Assembly (NCBI GenBank): GCA_965112735.1
Contig: OZ218960.1
Location: 930,001-994,000, forward strand
Direction: 5' to 3'
Length of the DNA stretch: 64,000 nt
From: Phaeosaccion multiseriatum
Taxonomy: Eukaryota > Protista > Ochrophyta, other classes
Part shown: one piece after another, positions 25,661 through 39,779 of the stretch
Numbering within the stretch: position 1 is the first letter of the stretch
Layout of the letters: each line of letters starts with the position of its first letter
Position numbers and translations under genes: made by a program
The notes under the pieces: generated by a model
The model's database searches: none
Seen by the model: the letters and a program-made list of their open reading frames with translations, nothing else
What the model was told of the DNA's origin: nothing

Positions 25661-28600
25661 ATGAAATCGTATTCGAGCGTGCTCGCAGCCTCTGTGCTGG
25701 GGGCACTGCCGGCAACCCTCGCCCGCGGCGGCGTCTGGACCAACCAGCCGTCCAAGCCGCAGCCCACTTGCGACCCCAACAAGGACCCAGAGAGGACCTT
25801 CAACCCTGTCGCGGGCTGCCCCGACGTCGTGCCTGATGGCGCCTTCGTGCCAACCGGGTGAGTGAGAGTGAGGGAGGGGGGGAAGGGCGCACACCAGCGA
25901 GGGAGGGAGAGGGCGAGGGGGTTGTTGCGTAGGGCGAGAGAAGGCTTGAACATTCAAGGGTGCTGGGCAACGCTCGTGTCAGGCCTGGCGTAATCTTTGC
26001 CAGCCCCCCCGTCCTCCAATGATGTGTTGGTGCCTGCTGTGGCACCTGCATCCTTGCCCTGTTGCTTATCACATCCTTCTTGCCCCCCTTCCCTCGGGCA
26101 GGTCCTACTGGTACCCCACTGGAGGCGGCGACTCCGATTCCGGCAAGGGAGGCAAGGGAGGCAAGAAGGGAGACAAGGGCAAGGGCAAGAAGGGAGACGA
26201 CAAGGGCAAGGGAGACAAGGGCAAGGGTTTCTCGAAGACGTTCAGCTACTCCTACAAGAACTGGAACAGGGCTCTGAACGGGGAGAGGTCTCTCAGCTAC
26301 AAGTACTACAATAACTACTACTACACCAAGTCCAAAAGTGAGTGTGGGCGCGGGTGGGTCGGTGATGTGTGGGCTGGGCGCAGAGGGGGGGGGATGAGGG
26401 ACATTGCAGATTCGGGGAAAGGGGAGGGGACTGGCCCATGACTGCCTCACTCCCATGGACACGTCATTAAGAATGGCTCACTCACATCGGGTCCTCCTCA
26501 CCCCACCCCTAACCCCGACCTCTACCAGGCAAGGGAGACTCCGATTCCGGCAAGGGAGGCAAGAAGGGAGACGACAAGGGCAAGGGCAAGAAGGGAGACG
26601 ACAAGGGCAAGGGCAAGAAGGGAGACGATAAGGGCAAGGGCAAGAAGGGAGACGACAAGGGCAAGGGCAAGAAGGGAGACGACAAGGGCAAGGGCAAGAA
26701 GGGAGACTCCGATTCCGGCAAGGGAGGCAAGAAGGGAGACAAGGGTACGTGCGGAGGAGTAGGAGCATGCTTGCCTATCTTCTACCCGTCTGTCTCAAGA
26801 GATCATCCCTCTGCTGCCTCATCTGGCCCTCGCACTGTCCCCTCCGGAGCCCTGCACACGCACCCACTCACTCCCCACACTCTCTTTATCCCGTCCCTCC
26901 CCCACTCCTTACAGGCGGAAAGAAGACTGACCCCGAGCCCGAGCCCGAGAACTGCGACCAGCTGGCAGGCTTCGACTACGACATCAGCGGCTTCAACGGC
27001 GACCTCGGCAGCTGCTGCCCCATCAACAACCTGCCTCCCTGCGACTGCGTGCCCGACGGCGATTGCTTCCCCGACTTCGACATCTGTGAGGAGGCTGGCG
27101 CCGTCGACAGCCTCGACTTTGAGATCAGGTGTGTGTGGGGGGGGGTGAATTGGGTGTGTACGCATGCCATTTGTTCGTGTCTGAGTGTGGCCCGAGTGAA
27201 GTGGAGTTGGATGTTTGTGGGGAGCGGGTGAGTGGAGCGAGCTCACCACCCCGCGCTGTGTGGTCACGCCTGCCTTTTACGTGACCCACCCACCCCCACA
27301 CTTACTGAACCCTCCGTTCACACTGCGCCTCCTTGCCTCCTCCTCCGTCTTTATCAGGTGCGACAACACTGGCCTGATGCGCTTCACCGGCACCGGAGGA
27401 TTCTTGAGCGGTGCCGACTACTCCTTCAGCGGCAACGAGTGCGCCGACGCCGACCTCTCCATCAGCGAGGACGGCAACCAAGTGAACATTCAAGTCAGCG
27501 TCGAGGGCGCCGTGGTGCAGGAGGTTGGTATTGTAATTGACTGCACCGCCCCCGTCGTCATCGGAGAGCAGGTCGGATTCGTGTACATCAGCGGTGGAGA
27601 CGGCTTCTCGTGCCCCGAGCCCCCTGTAGGCTTCCCGTGCCCTCCCCCGGCCCCTACACCCGCGGTGAGTTGGACAATACGAAGAGAGAGAGGAAACACA
27701 AGGCGAATATCAGTAGAGAGGGGAAGAGGAGGAAACCCAAGACGAATATCAACAGACAGAGGAGAAGGCAGCAAACTAGCGAAACATCAGACACATAGAT
27801 TGAAATTTCGCATTGGTGTCTTCCTCTTCCCTAAGTGGGGGAGGCGGAAGCTATACTGCGGTGGGACCTGTGGGTTTGCGCACGCGCAACTGGGTCTTGC
27901 TGCCTTTATCCTCATGCTTTGCGCGCTCCATCCCTTACTTTCCTTCTCCTCCTCCTCCCCCTCCTTCCTCTCGTGTGACCTCCTCAGCCCCAGCCTGCCC
28001 CCACCATGGCCACCACCCCCGCCCCCGTCTCCGACTGCGACACTTGCTGCAAGGACGACGTGGAGCTGGACGCCGACGACGCGAGTTTCTGCCGCTTCGC
28101 GCCCGACACCACCGGCGTGTGCGACTCTGACTCTGGTGATGACGCCGATGGCTGCGACGGCGCCCCTGCAGGCTGCCGTGAGCGCGGAACCTACGGTGGT
28201 GTTGAGCTCGAGGACTGCCCCGCTCCCTCAACTCCCGCGGTGAGTGAAACACAAATGGAAATCAAGTCGCTGTGGTATCTCTGTTGTGAGCTTGGCTGGG
28301 GCGTCGTGGGGGCTCTTAAGACGCGCAGCTGTTCCAGCGCTCATCCTCCTCTCCTCCCTCTGACCCTAACCCCGTCCCCCTCTCCTCCTGCCTTGTCATT
28401 TCCTCAGCCTGTTCCGGAGCCCACCCCCGCCCCCGTCTCCGACTGCGACACTTGCTGCAAGGACGACGTAGAGCTGGACGCCAACGACGCGAGTTTCTGC
28501 CGCTTCGCGCCCGACACCACCGGCGTGTGCGACTCTGACTCTGGTGATGACGCCGATGGCTGCGACGGCGCCCCTGCAGGCTGCCGTGAGCGCGGAACCT

Positions 28601-31600
28601 ACGGTGGTGTTGAGCTCGAGGACTGCCCCGCTCCCCCAACTCCCGCGGTGAGTGAAACACAAATGGAAATCAAGTCGCTGTGGTATCTCTGTTGTGAGCT
28701 TGGCTGGGGCGTCGTGGGGGCTGTTAATACGCGCAGCATTTCCAGCGCTCATCCTCCTCTCCTCCCTCTAACCCTAACCCCGTCCCCCTCTCCTCCTGCC
28801 TTGTCATTTCCTCAGCCTGTTCCGGAGCCCACCCCCGCCCCCGTCTCCGACTGCGACACTTGCTGCAAGGACGACGTAGAGCTGGACGCCAACGACGCGA
28901 GTTTCTGCCGCTTCGCGCCCGACACCACCGGCGTGTGCGACTCTGACTCTGGTGATGACGCCGATGGCTGCGACGGCGCCCCTGCAGGCTGCCGTGAGCG
29001 CGGAACCTACGGTGGTGTTGAGCTCGAGGACTGCCCCGCTCCCCCAACTCCCGCGGTGAGTGAAACACAAATGAAATCAAGTCGCTGTGGTATCTTTGTT
29101 GTAAGCTTGGCTGGGGCGTCGTGGGGGCTCGTAAGACGCGTAACTGTTCCAGCACTCATCCTCCCCTCCTCCCTCTAACCCTAACCCCGCCCCCCTCTCC
29201 TCCTGCCTTGTCATTTCCTCAGCCCGTTCCGGAGCCCACCCCCGCCCCCGTCTCCGACTGCGACACTTGCTGCAAGGACGACGTAGAGCTGGACGCCAAC
29301 GACGCGAGTTTCTGCCGCTTCGCGCCCGACACCACCGGCGTGTGCGACTCTGACTCTGGTGATGACGCCGATGGCTGCGACGGCGCCCCTGCAGGCTGCC
29401 GTGAGCGCGGAACCTACGGTGGTGTTGAGCTCGAGGACTGCCCCGCTCCCCCAACTCCCGCGGTGAGTGAAACACAAATGAAATCAAGTCGCTGTGGTAT
29501 CTTTGTTGTAAGCTTGGCTGGGGCGTCGTGGGGGCTCGTAAGACGCGTAACTGTTCCAGCACTCATCCTCCCCTCCTCCCTCTAACCCTAACCCCGCCCC
29601 CCTCTCCTCCTGCCTTGTCATTTCCTCAGCCCGTTCCGGAGCCCACCCCCGCCCCCGTCTCCGACTGCGACACTTGCTGCAAGGACGACGTAGAGCTGGA
29701 CGCCAACGACGCGAGTTTCTGCCGCTTCGCGCCCGACACCACCGGCGTGTGCGACTCTGACTCTGGTGATGACGCCGATGGCTGCGACGGCGCCCCTGCA
29801 GGCTGCCGTGAGCGCGGAACCTACGGTGGTGTTGAGCTCGAGGACTGCCCCGCTCCCCCAACTCCCGCTGTGAGTGAAACACAAATGGAAATCAAGTCGC
29901 TGTGGTATCTCTGTTGTGAGCTTGGCTGGGGCGTCGTGGGGGCTGTTAATACGCGCAGCATTTCCAGCGCTCATCCTCCTCTCCTCCCTCTAACCCTAAC
30001 CCCGCCCCCCTCTCCTCCTGCCTTGTCATTTCCTCAGCCCGTTCCGGAGCCCACCCCCGCCCCCGTCTCCGACTGCGACACTTGCTGCAAGGACGACGTA
30101 GAGCTGGACGAGAACGACGCGAGTTTCTGCCGCTTCGCGCCCGACACCACCGGTGTGTGCGACTCTGACTCTGGTGATGACGTGTCCGATGGCTGCGACG
30201 GCGCCCCTGCAGGCTGCCGTGAGCGCGGAACCTACGGTGGTGTTGAGCTCGAGGACTGCCCCGCCCCCCCAACTCCCGCGGTGAGTGAAACACAAATGAA
30301 ATCAAGTCGCCGTAGCATCTCTGTTGTGAGCTTGGCTGGGGCGTCGTGGGGGCTCTTAAGACGTGCAACTGTTCCAGCGCTCATCCCTCTCTTCGTCCCC
30401 CTCTCCTCCTGCCTTGTCAAATGCTCAGCCCACCATGCCCGCCACCCCCGCCCCCACCTCCGACTGCGAGGATTGCTGCTCAAAGGGCGGGGTGGACGAT
30501 GGTGAGGAATTCTGCCGCTTCGGGTCCGACACCACCGGCGTGTGCGACTCTGACTCTAGCGCCGAGGGCTGCGCGGACGCCCCTGATGGCTGCCGTGTGC
30601 CCGGAACTTACGAAGACCCTATGACTGGACAGGATGTTGAGGTCAAGAACTGCCCGGCCCCCGTGCCTCCTCCCACGGTGAGTGATGAGTGAAGAAAACA
30701 AGAGAGATGGTGGCAAAGAGGGAGTTGGGGATTTGGTGACGAGAGGTGTGTTGCACTCCCGCGTGTGCTTGATTTAGTTAGCGCTCCACATGAGGAGCGA
30801 TCAGTGAAGAAACAAGAGGGAGGGGGGGTGGTGAGCGAAGTGAATTTGTAGTACACCCGCGTGGTCACGGTGTGTGTGATTTAGTAAGCGCGTCTTGCGT
30901 TTGCTGAACTGTGACTTGCGCTCTTGCTTGTGTACTGTCGTGTATACCCTTGCGCTCACCCCCTCCCCCCTATTCTCTGCACACCCTCTTCGCCGACCCG
31001 CCTCCTTCTCCTCCTCTCGCATCCTCAGCCCACGCCGCCTACGCCCACGCCGCCTACGCCCACGCCGCCTACGCCCACGCCGCCTACCCCGACACCGCCT
31101 ACTCCCACGCCTCCTACTCCCACGCCTCCTACTCCCACGCCTCCTACTCCCACGCCGCCTACGCCCACGCCTCCTACGCCCACGCCTCCTACGCCCACGC
31201 CGCCTACCCCCACGCCTCCTACCCCAACGCCGCCTACCCCGACACCGCCTACCCCCACCCCTCCTACGCCCACGCCTCCTACTCCCACGCCTCCTACCCC
31301 CACGCCTCCTACTCCCACGCCTCCTACTCCCACGCCTCCTACGCCCACGCCTCCTACGCCCACGCCTCCTACGCCCACGCCGCCTACCCCCACGCCTCCT
31401 ACCCCAACGCCGCCTACCCCGACACCGCCTACCCCCACCCCTCCTACGCCCACGCCGCCTACGCCCACGCCTCCTACGCCCACGCCGCCTACTCCCACGC
31501 CGCCATCCACGTGCTCGGAATGCTGCGCCCAAGGAGGAATCACCGACGAGACCCCCGGAACGTGCAAGTACGCCCCCGACCTCAGCGGCACGTGCGGCAG

Positions 31601-32420
31601 GGACCCTTCGGCCGCGGGCTGCGACGGTGCTCCCACAGGCTGCCGCCTGGCCGGTGCCCCGATCGACGACAACAACTCTGTCATGGCCTGCGCCGCCGAC
31701 TGCGACACTTGCGCAGCGAATTGCGCTGCGAGCGACATTGTCTGCGACTTGAACAACGAATTCTGCACCGGATTGGAAACTGACCCCAGATGCGGCGCCG
31801 GCGGCCTTGCCAACTGCAAGACCTGCGACAAGGGTGAATGCGACTGCACGATTAGGGAACCCAACACTTGCGAGACCGACCTGGATTGCGTTGTGGACTT
31901 CGACAATACGTTTTTAGAGAAGGAAGGAAAGACGGCATTAGAAGTGCTCGAGAGCTTCGGCAAGTCGCCCAAGTGCTACCCGAACTGTCCCTTCGGCCGC
32001 GACACCAACTACAGGGGCCTGTTCTGCAACTCTTACAACGTCAACTTCAAGTGCGGCAATTGCTGGAATGACGTTGGCAAGGCCACAAATTTCCTCAAGT
32101 CTGACTTCGCCAAGGACCTTGAACTGGACTGCAGCTTGATCCTGCTCTGCGACGAGAGCAAGCGTGGGGAATTCTGCAAAGAGGACGGCCCCGACCCCAA
32201 CGGCGTCTTTGAGGTGGCAACCATGTCTGCTGGTGCCGATGATGCCGAGCGCTCTTCCACTGCTTCCTCCGCGAGCGGTGTGTCCATGGCTGCTGTGGGT
32301 GGCCTCGTGGCTGGTGTTGTGGGCGTTGCTGGTGTGGGCGCTGCCGTGGCCTGGAGGAAGACCACCAACAGGGAGAAGCTCGGTGGAAGGGAGACCCCCG
32401 CCAGCGAGTGGGCCTTTTAA
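25661..32420 (+). CDS. Secreted type-I membrane Cys-rich/Pro-Thr-rich modular surface protein, paralog 1
   Basis: Signal peptide [21 protein letters not shown], then GK-rich repeats and a Cys/acidic domain (26914-27665). Six ~80-aa Cys-rich module exons (27988-28239, 28408-28647, 28816-29055, 29223-29462, 29630-29869, 30038-30280) and a variant module (30429-30677) follow. The final exon (31029-32420) has (PTPPT)n, Cys-rich domains, a TM helix [22 protein letters not shown] and a short basic tail. Confidence 0.85.
27988..30280 (+). repeat. Tandem exon+intron module array (~408 bp unit, 6 exons) in paralog 1
   Basis: Near-identical units of a 240-252 nt phase-0 exon plus a ~168 nt GTGAGT..CCTCAG intron. 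Confidence 0.95.
31029..31505 (+). repeat. 15-bp coding minisatellite encoding the (PTPPT)n stalk
   Basis: About 30 pentapeptide repeats. Equivalent tracts at ~38331-38837 and ~48952-49428 include [10 protein letters not shown] variants. Confidence 0.95.
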
Positions 32421-33110
32421 AGAGAGAGAGAGAAGGCAGGAATAGTCTGGACTGATTTGGGGCGTGGGGGGGGCTTGCGAATGCCGTTCTCTTTCCCTTC
32501 ACCTCCCCCTCTCCCTCTTCTGTTTAGACTAGACTAGTAAGATCGATTTTTTATCTTTTCGTAGCGTAGTGTAGTTGTGTGGCACACCTTGGGCGGAGAA
32601 AGAGCCTCATCAGCAAAAGCTTGCTTCCACTTTGCCAAGCTGACTCTCTCCCTCTTCGACAGGTCGACAATTGCCCACCTTTTTTTTCAATTAATGAATT
32701 TCGATTTCATTTCTAACTCTCCTTGTCTCTGGTTGACGTCATCATGTCATGTCTCGAAGGCCTTCCTCTCTCCTTGCTGTCTCCTTCGGCGTAATCCACC
32801 ACAAAGGTCCTCCTTGCGGGGGAGGAAGATTAGTGCCACACATACACACCGCCACCACGCACACACGCTCGCGCGCGCACACACACACCGAGGCAAGTGT
32901 CAGCGGCGCTTCATAATAAAGAGAGAGAGAGAAAACTTCTGAGCTCGGGCGTGGCTGGAGCAGGGACCAAAAGTGGAGATGGGGGTGGGTGGTCCTTGAC
33001 TTCGTCAGCCTGGCGTTTGCATACCCTTGATCCTTGACTTGGTAAGCATGGGGGTAAGCAGAGCAAAGTCGCAACCCACCTGCGCCTCAATTATTATAAA
33101 TGTTGTACTT

Positions 33111-33272
33111 CTGTGATTTCGCGGTCGAATGGCACTTTGACGCCCCGTGATTTTTTTTTTGACGCCAAATGACGATTACTTTGACCCCCCAAACGTCGTC
33201 AAAGTAATCGTCATTTGGCGTAAAAAAAAATTCACGGGGCGTCAAAAGTGCCACTCAACCGCGAAATCACAG
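33111..33272. mobile_element. Fold-back (hairpin) MITE-like insertion
   Basis: Near-perfect ~75-bp inverted arms (CTGTGATTTCGCGG...CCGCGAAATCACAG) around a ~12-nt loop. It is absent from the homologous site in the paralog 3 flank (~51035-51045). Confidence 0.8.
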
Positions 33273-33451
33273 TTTTATTTTAAAATGAAGTTCAAGTACT
33301 TGATAAATAAATGGGCAATTGCTGAGGATTTCATCGCCTTGTTTTGCTCTTGTGGGGCGCCCCACCCCCCCCATTGCCGCCCTGCGGTCAGCCAGCAGCT
33401 AAGTAGGCTAGAAGCGCCGCGGAGCTGCTGGCTAGGTGGCCTTGCTTCTCA

Positions 33452-33859
<408 letters not shown>

Positions 33860-34055
33860 CTATTTCGGGCCTCTCTCATTCGATTCATCTTCGCCCCATT
33901 TCCCCCTTTTTTTGAGAGTAAGAGGGGGAAGGTCAGGCAAGCCTCGAAGATGGAAAAGTGACCTTTGCTTTTCCAGCAGCACCCTTCTAAGATGAGGGTG
34001 TCTGGGAGTGTGGTCACAACACACTTTAGCGTCTTGACTGCAGCCTATTGCTGTC

Positions 34056-37000
34056 ATGAAATCGTATTCGAGCTTGCTCGCAGCCTCTGTGCTGGGGGCA
34101 CTGCCGGCAACCCTCGCCTCCAAGCAGCCCACTTGCGACCCCAACAAGGACCCAGAGAGGACCTTCAACCCTGTCCCAGGCTGCCCCGACGTCGTGCCTG
34201 ATGGCGCCTTCGTGCCAACCGGGTGAGTGAGAGTGAGGGAGGGGGGCGAGGGCGCGCAAGAAGGAGAGGGCGAGGGGGTTGTTGCGTTGGGCGAGAGTGG
34301 GCTTGTACATTCAAGGGTGCTGGGAAACGCCCGTGTCAGGCCTGGCGTATCTTTGCCAGCTCCCCCCGCCTCCAATGATGTGTTGGTGCCTGCCACCTTC
34401 ATCCTTGTCCTGTTGCTTATCACATCCTTCTCCCCCCACCCACCCACCACCACCTTCGCTCGGGCAGGTCCTACTGGTACCCCCTTGGAGGCGGCGACTC
34501 CAGTTCCTCCGATTCCGGCAAGGGCAAGGGCAAGAAGGGAGACAAGGGCAAGGGCAAGAAGGGAGACAAGGGCAAGGGCAAGGGCAAGAAGGGAGACAAG
34601 GGCAAGGGCAAGAAAGGAGACAAGGGCAAGGGCAAGAAGGGAGACAAGGGCAAGGGCAAGAAGGGAGACAAGGGCAAGAAGGGAGACAAGGGCAAGAAGG
34701 GAGACAAGGGCAAGAAGGGAGACAAGGGCAAGGGCAAGAAGGGAGACAAGGGTACGTGCGAGGAGTAGGAGCATGCCTCCTTCCTTTTTTTCATTTCATC
34801 CAACTGGCTCTCACACCCGTCCCCTCCTGAGCCCCGCACGCACCCACCCACTCCCCCACTCTCATATTCCCTCCCTCCCACACTCCCTACAGGCGGAAAG
34901 GAGACTGACCCCGACCCCGAGCCCGAGAACTGCGACCAGCTGGCAGGCTTCGACTACGACATCAGCGGCTTCAACGGCGACCTCGGCAGCTGCTGCCCCA
35001 TCAACAACCTGCCTCCCTGCGACTGCGTGCCCGACGGCGATTGCTTCCCCGACTTCGACATCTGTGAGGAGGCTGGCGCCATCGACAGCCTCGACTTTGA
35101 GATCAGGTGTGTGTGGGTGTGGGTGAATTGGGTGTGTACGCATGCCATGTGTTTGTGTCTAAGTGTGGCCCGAGCGAAGTGGAGTTGGATGTTTGTGGGG
35201 AGCGGGTGAGTGGAGCGAGCTCACCACCCCGCGCTGTGTGGTCACGCCCTGCCTTTTACTTGCCCCGGCCGACCCCATACACTAACTGAACCCTCCGTTC
35301 ACACTGCGCCTCCTTGCCTCCTCCTCCGTCTTTATCAGGTGCGACAACACTGGCCTGATGCGCTTCAGCGGCGCCGGAGGATTCTTGAGCGGTGCCGACT
35401 ACTCCTTCAGCGGCAACGAGTGCGACAACGCCGACCTCTCCATCTTCGACGAAGGCAACCAAGTGAACGTTCAAGTCAGCGTCGAGGGCGCCGTGGTGCA
35501 GGAGGTTGGTATTGTAATTGACTGCACCGCCCCCGTCGTCATCGGAGAGCAGGTCGGATTCGTGTACATCAGCGGTGGAGACGGCTTCTCATGCCCTGAG
35601 CCCCCTGTAGGCTTCCCGTGCCCTCCCCCGGCCCCTACACCCGCGGTGAGTTGGACAATAAGAACAGAGGGAGGAAACACAAGGCGAATATCACCAGACG
35701 GAGGAGAATGCAGCAAACAATAGCGAAAATCATCAAAACACATGGGGAAGAGGAAGAAAAGTGGGAAATTTCAATCCAAGTGGGGGAGGCGGAAGCAATA
35801 CTGCGTGGGACCCTTCTTTGCTGTTGTGGGTTTGCGCACGGTGAAAAGAAATACTGGGTCTTGCTGCCTTTATCCTCATGCTTCGCGCGCTCCATCACTC
35901 ACTTTCCTTCTTCTCCTCCTCCTCCCCCTCCTTCCTCTCGTGTGACCTCCTCAGCCCCAGCCTGCCCCCACCATGGCCACCACCCCCGCCCCCGTCTCCG
36001 ACTGCGACACTTGCTGCAAGGACGACGTGGAGCTGGACGCCGACGACGCGAGTTTCTGCCGCTTCGCGCCCGACACCACCGGCGTGTGCGACTCTGACTC
36101 TGGTGATGACGTGTCCGATGGCTGCGACGGCGCCCCTGCAGGCTGCCGTGAGCGCGGAACCTACGGTGATGTTGAGCTCGAGGACTGCCCCGCCCCCCCA
36201 ACTCCCGCGGTGAGTGAAACACAAATGAAATCAAGTCGCTGTAGCATCTCTGTTGTGAGCTTGGTTGGGGCGTCGTGGGGGCCCCTTAAGACGCGCAGCT
36301 GCTCTAGCGCTCATCCTCCTCTCCTCCCTCTAACTCTAACCCCGTCCCCCTCTCCTCCTGCCTTGTCATTTCCTCAGCCCGTTGCGGAGCCCACCCCCGC
36401 CCCCGTCTCCGACTGCGACACTTGCTGCAAGGACGACGTGGAGCTGGACGCCGACGACGCGAGTTTCTGCCGCTTCGCGCCCGACACTACCGGCGTGTGC
36501 GACTCTGACTCTGGTGATGACGTGTCCGATGGCTGCGACGGCGCCCCTGCAGGCTGCCGTGAGCGCGGAACGTACGGTGATGTTGAGCTCGAGGACTGCC
36601 CCGCCCCCCCAACTCCCGCGGTGAGTGAAACACAAATGAAATCAAGTCGCTGTAGCATCTCTGTTGTGAGCTTGGTTGGGGCGTCGTGGGGGCTCCTTAA
36701 GACGCGCAGCTGCTCTAGCGCTCATCCTCCTCTCCTCCCTCTAACTCTAACCCCGTCCCCCTCTCCTCCTGCCTTGTCATTTCCTCAGCCCGTTGCGGAG
36801 CCCACCCCCGCCCCCGTCTCCGACTGCGACACTTGCTGCAAGGACGACGTAGAGCTGGACGCCGACGACGCGAGTTTCTGCCGCTTCGCGCCCGACACCA
36901 CCGGCGTGTGCGACTCTGACTCTGGTGATGACGCCGATGGCTGCGACGGCGCCCCTGCAGGCTGCCGTGAGCGCGGAACCTACGGTGATGTTGAGCTCGA

Positions 37001-39779
37001 GGACTGCCCCGCCCCCCCAACTCCCGCGGTGAGTGAAACACAAATGAAATCAAGTCGCTGTAGTATCTCTGTTGTGAGCTTGGTTGGGGTGTCGTGGGGG
37101 CTCTTAAGACGCGTAACTGTTCCAGCACTCATCCTCCTCTCCTCCCTCTAACCCTAACCCCGTCCCCCTCTCCTCCTGCCTTGTCATTTCCTCAGCCCGT
37201 TGCGGAGCCCACCCCCGCCCCCGTCTCCGACTGCGACACTTGCTGCAAGGACGAGGTGGAGCTGGACGCCGACGACGCGAGTTTCTGCCGCTTCGCGCCC
37301 GACACCACCGGCGTGTGCGACTCTGACTCTGGTGATGACGCCGATGGCTGCGACGGCGCCCCTGCAGGCTGCCGTGAGCGCGGAACCTACGGTGATGTTG
37401 AGCTCGAGGACTGCCCCGCCCCCCCAACTCCCGCGGTGAGTGAAACACAAATGAAATCAAGTCGCTGTAGCATCTCTGTTGTGAGCTTGGTTGGGGCGTC
37501 GTGGGGGCTGTTAATACGCGCAACGCTCATCCTCCTCTCCTCCCTCTAACCCTCTCTTCGTCCCCCTCTCCTCCTGCCTTGTCAAATGCTCAGCCCACCA
37601 TGCCCGCCACCCCCGCCCCCACCTCCGACTGCGAGGTTTGCTGCTCGAAGGGCGGGGTGGACGATGGTGAGGAATTCTGCCGCTTCGGGTCCGACACCAC
37701 CGGCGTGTGCGACTCTGACTCTAGCGCCGAGGGCTGCGCGGACGCCCCTGATGGCTGCCGTGTGCCCGGAACTTACGAAGACCCTATGACTGGACAGGAT
37801 GTTGAGGTCAAGAACTGCCCGGCCCCTGTCCCCCCTCCTCCCACGGTGAGTGATGAGTGAAGAAAACAAGAGAGAGGGGGGTGGGGTGGTGGCAAAGACG
37901 GAGTTGGGGATTTGGTGACGAGAGGTGTGTTGCACTCCCGCGTGTGCTTGATTTAGTAGCGCTCCACATGCGGAGCAATCAGTGAAGAATACAAGAGAGA
38001 GGGTGGGGGTGGTGGCAAAGAGGGAGTTGGGGATTTGGTGACGAGAGGTGTGTTGCACTGCCGCGTGTGTTTGATTTAGTTAGCGCTCCACATGCGGAGC
38101 AATCAGTGAAGAATACAAGAGGGAGTTGGGGGGTGGTGAGCGAAGTGGATTTGTAGTACACCGGCGCATGTGTGTGTGTGATTTAGTAAGCGCGTCTGCG
38201 TTTGCTGAACTGTGACTTGCGCTCTTGCTTGTGTACTGTCTTGTTTACCCTTGCGCTCACCCCCTCCCCCCTATTTTCTGCACACCCTCTTCGCCGACCC
38301 GCCTCCTTCTCCTCCTCCTCGCGTCTTCAGCCCGCGCCGCCTACCCCTGCGCCGCCTACGCCCGCGCCGCCAACCCCTGCGCCGCCTACCCCTGCACCGC
38401 CTACCCCTGCACCGCCTACGCCTGCACCGCCTACCCCCGCGCCGCCTACCCCTGCGCCGCCTACGCCCACGCCTCCTACTCCCACGCCGCCTACTCCCAC
38501 GCCTCCTACTCCCACACCTCCTACCCCCACGCCTCCCACCCCCACGCCTCCTACTCCCACGCCGCCTACGCCCACGCCGCCTACTCCCACGCCTCCTACG
38601 CCCACGCCTCCTACCCCGACACCGCCTACCCCCACGCCTCCTACGCCCACGCCGCCTACCCCCACGCCTCCTACCCCCACCCCTCCTACGCCCACGCCGC
38701 CTACCCCCACGCCTCCTACGCCCACGCCGCCTACTCCCACGCCTCCTACCCCCACGCCGCCTACCCCCACGCCGCCTACGCCCACGCCTCCTACCCCCAC
38801 GCCTCCTACTCCCACGCCGCCTACCCCCACGCCGCCATCCACGTGCTCGGACTGCTGCGCCCAAGGAGGAATCACCGACGAGACCCCCGGAACGTGCAAG
38901 TACGCCCCCGACCTCAGCGGCGCCTGCGGTAGGGACCCTTCGGCCGTGGGCTGCGACGGTGCTCCCACAGGCTGCCGCCTGGCCGGCGCCCCGATCGACG
39001 ACAACAACTCTGTCACGGCCTGCGCCGCCGACTGCGACACTTGCGCAGCGACTTGCGCTGCGAGCGACATTGTCTGCGACTTGAACGACGTCTGCGACGG
39101 AGTGTTCGAGGACGACAGATGCGGCGCCGGCGGCCTTGTCAACTGCAAGATCTGCGACCCTAGCAAGGGTGAATGCGACTGCCCGATTAAGGAACCCAAC
39201 ACTTGCCACACCGATCTGGATTGCGTTGTGGACTTCGACAGTACGTTTTTAGACAAGGAAGGAAAGACGGCATTAGAAGTGCTCGAGGGCTTCAGCAAGT
39301 CGCCCAAGTGCTTCCCGAACTGCCCCTTCGGCCACGACCCCGCCTACGCGGGCCTGTTCTGCAACTCTTACAACGTCAACTTCAAGTGCGGCCACTGCTG
39401 GAATGACGTTGAGGCTGCCGAAGATTTCCTCCTTTCTAAATTCGCAATGGATCGTGGCCTGGACTGCACCAAGATCCTGCTCTGCGACGAGAGCAGGCGC
39501 GGAACGCAGTCCGGAAACTTCTGCAATGGCGTTTCTGGCCCCAACCCCGACGACGTCGTTGGCCCCAAGGAGGTGGCAACCATGTCTGCTGGTGCCGATG
39601 ATGCCGAGCGCTCTTCCACTGCTTCCTCCGCGAGCGGTGTGTCCATGGCTGCTGTGGGCGGCCTCGTGGCTGGTGTTGTGGGCGTCGCTGGTGTGGGCGC
39701 TGCCGTGGCCTGGAGGAAGACCACCAACAGGGAGAAGCTCGGTGGAAGGGAGACCCCCGCCAGCGAGTGGGCCTTTTAA
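34056..39779 (+). CDS. Secreted type-I membrane Cys-rich/Pro-Thr-rich modular surface protein, paralog 2
   Basis: ATG at 34056 ([21 protein letters not shown]). Same architecture as paralog 1, with four module exons (starts 35955, 36378, 36789, 37196), a variant module at 37594, and a final exon 38331-39779 ending ETPASEWAF. Confidence 0.85.
35955..37435 (+). repeat. Tandem exon+intron module array (4 exons) in paralog 2
   Basis: ~407-411 bp near-identical units. Confidence 0.95.

Noticed and set aside
37855-38125. ~124-bp tandem duplication in a paralog 2 intron
   Set aside because: Real, but an ordinary intronic duplication with no sign of function.
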